Of a stretch of DNA of 31,660 nt, positions 26,248 to 31,660 are shown one piece after another. The position numbers were made by a program, and so were the translations under genes. Source of the stretch: Oligoflexia bacterium (GTDB taxonomy: Bacteria; Bdellovibrionota; Bdellovibrionia; JABDDW01); NCBI GenBank assembly GCA_043732305.1, contig JAYTHU010000113.1, positions 1 to 31,660 on the forward strand, written 5' to 3'. Every line of letters starts with the position of its first letter. The stretch's first letter is position 1. The notes below the pieces were generated by a model, which worked only from the letters and a program-made list of their open reading frames with translations, searched no databases and was not told the origin of the DNA.

Positions 26248-26317
26248 AGAGCCCTCCCAATAGATAATTTGCCAAAGAAAGTATTAAAAGCAGACCTCGC
26301 CTTTACAGGATCGAAAT

Positions 26318-26347
26318 ATTATACTTCCAATTGTTAGATTGATCCAA
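26318..26347 (-). promoter_or_regulatory. Candidate sigma70 promoter for the SIR2-like gene
   Basis: Minus strand TTGGAT-N18-TATAAT, about 70 nt upstream of ATG 26247. Confidence 0.45.
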
Positions 26348-26364
26348 GGCCAGAGCGCTAAGAT

Positions 26365-27096
26365 TCATCGCTTCGGATCGTACCAGTATTTCAAATCTTC
26401 CTTGGTTTGTTTCACTCCCGCAAAACCCCGGATCACTTGGCCAATAATAGGAATGGCTGATCTAAAACCAATTTCTTTTCTATCTAAGGTGGTTACTTGT
26501 ACCGACTTTAAAATAATAAATTTCTTTCCGATTTTTCGCCCATGGTTCTTTAAAAGAATCGCAAATGCTGAATCTTCAGCCACGAGGCGGTCTTCGGGGA
26601 AGCCACCCACTTCAAGTGCGGCCTCTTTCCAAAAGAAAAACATCGCACCTTGAATCCCAAAAAAAATTTCGACAAGGGATTGAATTATAAATGCACCAAA
26701 TTTTACCTTAAGCTTGTTCGTCAGTAGCTTAACGCCAAAGGCCCCGCCAACGTACTTCTGCCCCTTCATCGTTTCCCAAACTTTAACGAGCCCATCTTCT
26801 GGCAGGAAGCTATCAGCATCAATGGTGACGATTAAATCGAAGGAGGCTCTTTTAATGCCAGCATTTCGAACAGAAGAAATATTCCGGACATGATGATTTT
26901 CTACGACCGCGCCCAAAGATAAAGCTAAACTCTCTGTCTTGTCTGTAGAGATGTTGTTGACTACCACGATCTCCGTTGGCAACGAGACTTGATTTGCGAA
27001 ATGTGCGCAAGCTTTTTTCGCAGCCTCTATTGTAGCCGGTAAAAACTTTTCTTCGTTGAAAGCAGGAATTACAATTGAAATGCCTTGAGCGCCCAT
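26365..27096 (-). CDS. Glycosyltransferase family 2
   Basis: ISIVIPAFNEE, VVVNNISTDKT, RNAG, IDADS (DxD), GGFPE...AED. Confidence 0.9.
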   Translation of the reverse strand: MGAQGISIVIPAFNEEKFLPATIEAAKKACAHFANQVSLPTEIVVVNNISTDKTESLALSLGAVVENHHVRNISSVRNAGIKRASFDLIVTIDADSFLPEDGLVKVWETMKGQKYVGGAFGVKLLTNKLKVKFGAFIIQSLVEIFFGIQGAMFFFWKEAALEVGGFPEDRLVAEDSAFAILLKNHGRKIGKKFIILKSVQVTTLDRKEIGFRSAIPIIGQVIRGFAGVKQTKEDLKYWYDPKR

Positions 27097-27135
27097 TTAG
27101 AAATCGTAGACGACCCAGGCTCTGTTTGCCAACGA

Positions 27136-28503
27136 TTATTCCAAGCTCGGTCTCATTCCCATCCGCGTAAGCATCGTGTGCAATGATGACGCCTTCATTC
27201 CAAGGCGTTCAGCCGCGTGCTGGACCGACTTTGAATTACGGATGGTGTAGGTGATGAGTTGTCGGCGCTCGCGCTCCTGCCGCCCCTCTAGCTGCTCAAT
27301 AGTGGTTTCTGAAGTTGCGGTGGCCTCCAGCGGAAAGTTTTCTTCCAAAATCTTGTCATCAATTTCTTTGCGGGTGCTCTCTGTAAGTGCGGCGGAGACA
27401 TAACCGTCGAGTTCGCCCACGTTGCCAGGCCAACTGTACTTTTCTAAATACCTAATAGCTCGCTTAAGAAATTCTTTGCGTTCACCAGTTTCTCTAAAAT
27501 ACTTTTGGCAGAAATGAACCACCAAGGGCTCAAGGTCCTCGGGGCGCTCTCTAAGCGGCGGTATCTTGACCGTTAGAAATTTTATTCTGTAGTAAAGATC
27601 ACGCAAGAAACTTCCGTCGGCCACGCGCTCTTCAATGTCGGGCCAGCTCGAAGCGATCAGTCTGAATTCAACTGATTCCTCACGAGCGCCACCAACCCGC
27701 CGAATCTTTTTCTCACGAAGCGCACGCAATAATTTTCCTTGCGTGGGACCATCTAGATAATGAAGTTCGTCGAGATAGACAGTTCCGCCGCGTGCTAATT
27801 CCAAAATTCCTACTTTGCGGGTCGTGGCTCCAGTGAAGGCCCCTTTTTCATGACCAAAAAGTTCTGATTCCACAAGGCTACTGTTTTGAAAGGCCGCGCA
27901 GTTGACAACAAATAATTTATCTGGTGGCCCAACATGAAGCGCTTTAGCCACCATTTCTTTTCCTGAGCCAGTTTCTCCTAAAATTAAAATTGGCTTATCA
28001 CTTGAGCGGAATTTTTGAATTTTCTGAACGACGCGAGCCAGTCCCTCCGAACATCCCACCATGCCAATGGAAGCGATGAGTTTGGTGGCCTCAACTGCGG
28101 TGAGCGGCGGCTTGGCCTTTCGATATTTCTCAAATTCGACGCAAGCATCGGCAACAGATGAATTGAAATAATTTAGATCTTCATTCTTCTCGATAAAATT
28201 GACAACGCCAGCGCGAATCGTCGCCCGCATTGACTCCACAGATGGATAAGCGGAGTACATGAGAATTACCGCTTCATCGTTGAGGGTACGAATCTCTGTA
28301 GCTACCTCAGCGCCATTCTTATCCGGCATCTTGTAGTCTAAAATGATAACGGCATATTCTTTACTGCTAGATCTGACGCACTCGATAGCGTCATTGCCAC
28401 AGACTGCGGTGTCCACATTATAGCCCCAGCGGCGCAGAAGATCCTTGGTGGTCGAAAGATTCTCCGCTTCATCGTCAACAAGCAAAATATCATAATTGAC
28501 CAT
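27136..28503 (-). CDS. NtrC-type sigma54-dependent response regulator
   Basis: REC (LLVDDE, LDYKMP), AAA+ (GETGSGKE, ESELFGHEKGAFTGA, LDEL, WPGNVGEL), Fis-type HTH. GGAGG SD places the start at ATG 28503. Confidence 0.95.
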   Translation of the reverse strand: MVNYDILLVDDEAENLSTTKDLLRRWGYNVDTAVCGNDAIECVRSSSKEYAVIILDYKMPDKNGAEVATEIRTLNDEAVILMYSAYPSVESMRATIRAGVVNFIEKNEDLNYFNSSVADACVEFEKYRKAKPPLTAVEATKLIASIGMVGCSEGLARVVQKIQKFRSSDKPILILGETGSGKEMVAKALHVGPPDKLFVVNCAAFQNSSLVESELFGHEKGAFTGATTRKVGILELARGGTVYLDELHYLDGPTQGKLLRALREKKIRRVGGAREESVEFRLIASSWPDIEERVADGSFLRDLYYRIKFLTVKIPPLRERPEDLEPLVVHFCQKYFRETGERKEFLKRAIRYLEKYSWPGNVGELDGYVSAALTESTRKEIDDKILEENFPLEATATSETTIEQLEGRQERERRQLITYTIRNSKSVQHAAERLGMKASSLHTMLTRMGMRPSLE

Positions 28504-29938
28504 GAGATACCTCCGCAAATATGGGCAGTGCCTTGGTAGACTCTGCACGTTCAAATAAAACCGAGAATTCAGTTCCAATATTAGGTTCGCTTGTAAAAGA
28601 AATTTCAGCGCCAAACTCTTTGCAAATCTTGTTCACGATCCCCAAACCAAGGCCCGTGCCTCGACTAGGTTTTGTGGTGAAGTCAAAATCAAAAATTTGC
28701 TTTTGAATTTTTAAATCAATGCCAGAACCATTGTCTTGAATCGTAAGCATTAGTTGACCATTTTTCTCTTTTATCGAGACAATGATTTGGCCGGTGCTAG
28801 AGGGCACCGCTTCGGCAGCGTTTCGCACCAAATTTTCTAAAATGCGGTAGTAACCCAGCTTAGAAATATTTGCTAACGGCGCGGAAGTAAAATCTCGGAT
28901 AAATTCAATGCTTATTAATTTTTCCGCGATCTCCGGTAAATTTTTAAGCTCTCGTAAAACATTTTCAGTCTCAGATTGAAGATCACAAGAGTTTTGATCA
29001 TTTTTAGAAAAGGTTCCCGCTGACGGAATGATACGCACTTGGCGCAAAAGCTCGCCCATTCTTTTCAGGGTGGACTCAATATTTTGAACTTCTCTCGAAT
29101 CAACTTTGCCTTCTGTCTCAAGGGTGTTCAAAAGCAAATAAAAATATTTTGCAAGAAGGGCATGGGGAGTTTTTAGGTCATGACCTATTTCTCTCAAGAG
29201 AGATAGCTGTGCATCGGCCTTGGCAGTTTGAGCGGTTTCCGTTTGTAACTTTTCAATTTCCACATGCAAGTTATCCACGGCGAGCTGCATGGGTTTCAAT
29301 TCTGCAAAAGGAGCCTCAACGGTTGTCGTGTGCGCTTGAGGGTTATTTTTTAAATGACTGGCCCACTCTGAAAGTGTGGCTCCAACCTGGCGAGCCGAGC
29401 GATTGAGTGTGGCGGAAAGGCCAATTGCTAAGCCTAAAAATGTGGAGATCAAAAGAAAAATAAAAACTACAACTGAATTTATATCCAAAGACGGCTTGAT
29501 TGTGAGTTGGAGATATCCAAAAAGATTCTCCTCTTTGACATCGTCAAAATAAATAGGATAAAGCAGACTCAACCCGTTATGGACCCAGCAGTAAGTCATG
29601 ACCTGAGTGCATTTAGCATTTTTGTCAGATTCATTCAATGGGTATAAAACTTTGAAGTCTGTACTCAAGATGACCGCAGATTCGTCGCCTTTTAGTTCGA
29701 GAGCCCGCTGCATCTGAAACTGAGCATCCCTGACATCTTCCTGTAAAATCATGGGGCGAAAAGCTCTTGCCACTGACTTAGCTTGCACCATGATTTGTTT
29801 TTCTGTTGCCACCTTTGATGAGTACCAAATACAGGGAATTGAAAAAATCAAAGTGAATAAAAATCCCACGGATGACCAGCGCACTGTCTGGCTTCTAAAA
29901 AAGCTCTCAAGGCTTTTGATCCGTGGACGCTTGGTCAC
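28490..29938 (-). CDS. Membrane sensor histidine kinase
   Basis: Two TM helices; H-box EIGHDLKTP; N-box NLVRNAAEA; DNGSGI; FTTK..GTGLGL. Confidence 0.95.
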   Translation of the reverse strand: MTKRPRIKSLESFFRSQTVRWSSVGFLFTLIFSIPCIWYSSKVATEKQIMVQAKSVARAFRPMILQEDVRDAQFQMQRALELKGDESAVILSTDFKVLYPLNESDKNAKCTQVMTYCWVHNGLSLLYPIYFDDVKEENLFGYLQLTIKPSLDINSVVVFIFLLISTFLGLAIGLSATLNRSARQVGATLSEWASHLKNNPQAHTTTVEAPFAELKPMQLAVDNLHVEIEKLQTETAQTAKADAQLSLLREIGHDLKTPHALLAKYFYLLLNTLETEGKVDSREVQNIESTLKRMGELLRQVRIIPSAGTFSKNDQNSCDLQSETENVLRELKNLPEIAEKLISIEFIRDFTSAPLANISKLGYYRILENLVRNAAEAVPSSTGQIIVSIKEKNGQLMLTIQDNGSGIDLKIQKQIFDFDFTTKPSRGTGLGLGIVNKICKEFGAEISFTSEPNIGTEFSVLFERAESTKALPIFAEVSHGQL

Positions 29939-30182
29939 TTCTGCCCTCGGAAACGAATCTTTGATAAAGTCACAGACTCGTCAGATTGGGGGATATGACT
30001 TAAATCTAATTCGGATCGAGCGATGCCAACAGTGGAAAGATGAAATAAAGAGAGTAGATAATTTTGGCAAATGGCATCGTGCAAGATTGAGCGCATTTGC
30101 GAAAGTTTTTTATCGGCCTCGGGTTGCTTTCTTGCCGTATCTAAACGCTCAAGAAAATTATTGCCGTTGGATGATATGACTG
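29935..30182 (-). pseudogene. C-terminal fragment of a gene, probably an ABC/family-5-like solute-binding protein, cut by the IS
   Basis: Open frame VISSNGNNFLERLDTARKQPEADKKLSQMRSILHDAICQNYLLSLFHLSTVGIARSELDLSHIPQSDESVTLSKIRFRGQK*. Its TGA overlaps the kinase GTG (GTGA), and the frame closes just inside the IS end. Confidence 0.6.
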
Positions 30183-30238
30183 CACGGCTAATTCATTCTT
30201 TTTGTAATGCGTCGATATTTATCTAGAAAAGAAAATAG

Positions 30239-30267
30239 TGGACAAATCCTGCGAAATTTTCTATGCT
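30239..30267 (+). promoter_or_regulatory. Sigma70 promoter of the transposase, probably leaderless transcript
   Basis: TGGACA-N17-TATGCT; the GTG start at 30274 is 6 nt after the -10 box and has no SD. Confidence 0.6.
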
Positions 30268-30273
30268 AAATGA

Positions 30274-31581
30274 GTGAAAATAGATTTTTCAAAAGTCATT
30301 GTACGTCCAATTTTATCGACTAATGAAGAGGCTCGCTTAGTTGAACTCATGAGGGCACACCATTATTTGAGCTACAATGGTGTTATTGGCGAGAGAATTC
30401 ATTACGTGGCAGAATATGAAGGGACTTGGGTAGCTCTCTTAAGTTGGGCCTGTGCAGCACTTAAGACTGGCGATCGCGACAAGTGGATTGGTTGGTGTCG
30501 TGAGCAGAAAATGGCGCGGCTGAAATTCGTTTCGAACAATTGGCGCTTTTTGATTTTGCCAGAGTTTCAAATTAAAAATTTAGCCTCCCATGTTTTGAGT
30601 AAAAATCTCCGCAGACTCTCGAATGATTGGGAGCAGAAATACAAGCATCCAATCCTGATGGCAGAGACATTCGTTGATGCCACTCGAAATCGTGGAACTT
30701 GTTATCGTGCCGAGAACTGGATTCTTGTTGGCGAGACGCAGGGTTTTCAAAAGGACCAAGACAGCTATCATTTTCACGGCAACAAGAAACTGATTTTTAT
30801 GAAGCCCCTCCGGCCAAGAGCGCGTGAGATTCTAGGCAACGAGTGGACTCATCCGCTATTCTTACAATTGATACCCAGAAAGGTAACTATGGCAAATACG
30901 GATAAGATTTTAATTTTTGGCGAAACCGGTCTCTACGAATTTTGCAAAGGTCTACAAGACTCCAGGTCAAAGTATGGACTTCGCCATCAAGGATCTGGAC
31001 TCATGGTTCTTTGTACGCTAGCTGTGCTATCGGGAGCAAAGAGCTACAATGCAATTGGGGCGTGGATTAAAACAATACCGATAAAGACACTTCACAAGCT
31101 TCGAATTTGGGTCTGCCCCAGTGTCTCGACAGTTCGGCGATATCTGATGGGGCTTGATAGTCTCGATACAGATCAAAAGCTAACACAGTGGCTTTTGTCG
31201 AATGACTCTCTCAATGGGATAGCTCTAGCAATTGATGGTAAAACTTTGCGCGGAAGCCGCAATGGCGAAACACCAGCCGTACAGCTGTTGTCGATTGTCA
31301 CTCACGAAGACGCTCAGATTATTGCTCAACGTAAAATTTCAGATAAGACAAATGAGATTCCTGTTGCCAGACAACTTATAGAGGATCTACCAATTCAAGG
31401 TGCCATAATCACCGCAGACGCGCTTCACACTCAAACTGAAACTGCCACCACTATAGTCAGAGACAACAAGGCTGAGTATGTCTTCACGGTAAAGGACAAC
31501 CAGCCAAAACTAAAACAAGAAATCCAATCATCGCTGCAAAACAGCGATTTTTCCCCCTCAGCAAATAGCTCACACCATTGA
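30274..31581 (+). CDS. DUF4338 (DruA-like) domain fused to ISAs1 DDE transposase, frame 1
   Basis: HHYL, RDKWIGW, NNWRFLILP, NLASHVLS, ETFVD..GTCYRAENW (DUF4338); AIDGKTLRGS, KTNEIP, ITADALHTQ, VKDNQP (ISAs1 DDE). Confidence 0.92.
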   Translation: MKIDFSKVIVRPILSTNEEARLVELMRAHHYLSYNGVIGERIHYVAEYEGTWVALLSWACAALKTGDRDKWIGWCREQKMARLKFVSNNWRFLILPEFQIKNLASHVLSKNLRRLSNDWEQKYKHPILMAETFVDATRNRGTCYRAENWILVGETQGFQKDQDSYHFHGNKKLIFMKPLRPRAREILGNEWTHPLFLQLIPRKVTMANTDKILIFGETGLYEFCKGLQDSRSKYGLRHQGSGLMVLCTLAVLSGAKSYNAIGAWIKTIPIKTLHKLRIWVCPSVSTVRRYLMGLDSLDTDQKLTQWLLSNDSLNGIALAIDGKTLRGSRNGETPAVQLLSIVTHEDAQIIAQRKISDKTNEIPVARQLIEDLPIQGAIITADALHTQTETATTIVRDNKAEYVFTVKDNQPKLKQEIQSSLQNSDFSPSANSSHH

Positions 31582-31660
31582 AAAAGGCCACGGTCGCATT
31601 GAAGAACGAACGATAAAAATATCGTCGCTAGTATCTGGACAAGTTGCCTTTCCCTTTGCT
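31556..31660 (+). CDS. ISAs1 transposase C-terminal part in the +1 frame (3' partial)
   Basis: PQQIAHTIEKGHGRIEERTIKISSLVSGQVAFPFA contains the ISAs1 hallmark EKGHGRIExR; begins at TTTTTCCCCC. Confidence 0.85.

Larger units (their letters stand above)
6990..31660. mobile_element. Genomic island / ICE-like region, partly decayed; right end outside window
   Basis: Integrase remnant, duplicated TA module, complete-looking T4SS operon, relaxase-like gene, cargo genes and an IS. The left boundary is approximate. Confidence 0.75.
30183..31660 (+). mobile_element. ISAs1-family insertion sequence with DUF4338 domain; right end outside window
   Basis: Putative left terminal repeat CACGGCTAATTCA at 30183, where the upstream gene fragment is interrupted; transposase motifs follow. 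Confidence 0.8.

Noticed and set aside
28504..28614. N-terminal extension of the response regulator in the ORF track
   Set aside because: It overlaps the kinase by over 120 bp; the GGAGG SD and REC domain start point to ATG 28503.
29751..30179. 142-aa plus-strand ORF
   Set aside because: Antisense shadow of the kinase start and of the truncated upstream gene; no motif.
1177..30777. Numerous 60-130 aa ORFs nested in or antisense to the called genes
   Set aside because: Shadow frames of well-supported CDSs with no independent evidence.
30274..30880. Druantia defence system
   Set aside because: The DUF4338 domain is fused to an ISAs1 transposase and no DruE-type helicase is present in the window.

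Overview
Bacterial DNA; the gene content suggests Bdellovibrionota/Oligoflexia, which is an inference. Bases 1-6.9 kb look chromosomal: a secreted prolyl oligopeptidase open past the left edge, a GT-B glycosyltransferase, an AlkZ-like winged-helix protein, an XRE regulator, a 35-codon stub of a low-molecular-weight tyrosine phosphatase, an RlmI-type rRNA methyltransferase and a Cys-rich secreted protein. From about 7.0 kb to the right edge is a genomic island. Its left part (7-11.4 kb) holds remnants of element ends: a decayed and an intact copy of a DUF4258/XRE toxin-antitoxin pair (each with the same 40-bp upstream motif and palindromic operator), an Asp-box cargo gene, and a fragmented tyrosine integrase beside phased heptamer repeats. 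A ~13-kb minus-strand conjugation operon follows: TraR/DksA, small ORFs, a stand-alone sigma-4 protein, VirB2/B3/B4/B5/B6/B8/B9/B10-like genes, an FtsK/TcpA-type ATPase, a Replic_Relax (MOBC-like) nuclease and a lipoprotein, with a trypsin-like protease inserted. Further right are a SIR2-like gene, a GT2, a sigma54 response regulator, a histidine kinase, and a solute-binding-protein gene truncated by a DUF4338-ISAs1 element. Main observations: (1) the hybrid T4SS + FtsK + MOBC-like architecture; (2) three exported T4SS genes have ATA rather than ATG at the ideal distance from a strong Shine-Dalgarno; (3) an IHF/enhancer/imperfect sigma54 promoter layout and an alternative-hairpin leader precede the transfer operon. 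No intact tRNA, rRNA or CRISPR array was seen. All family calls are from motif recognition, not database searches.
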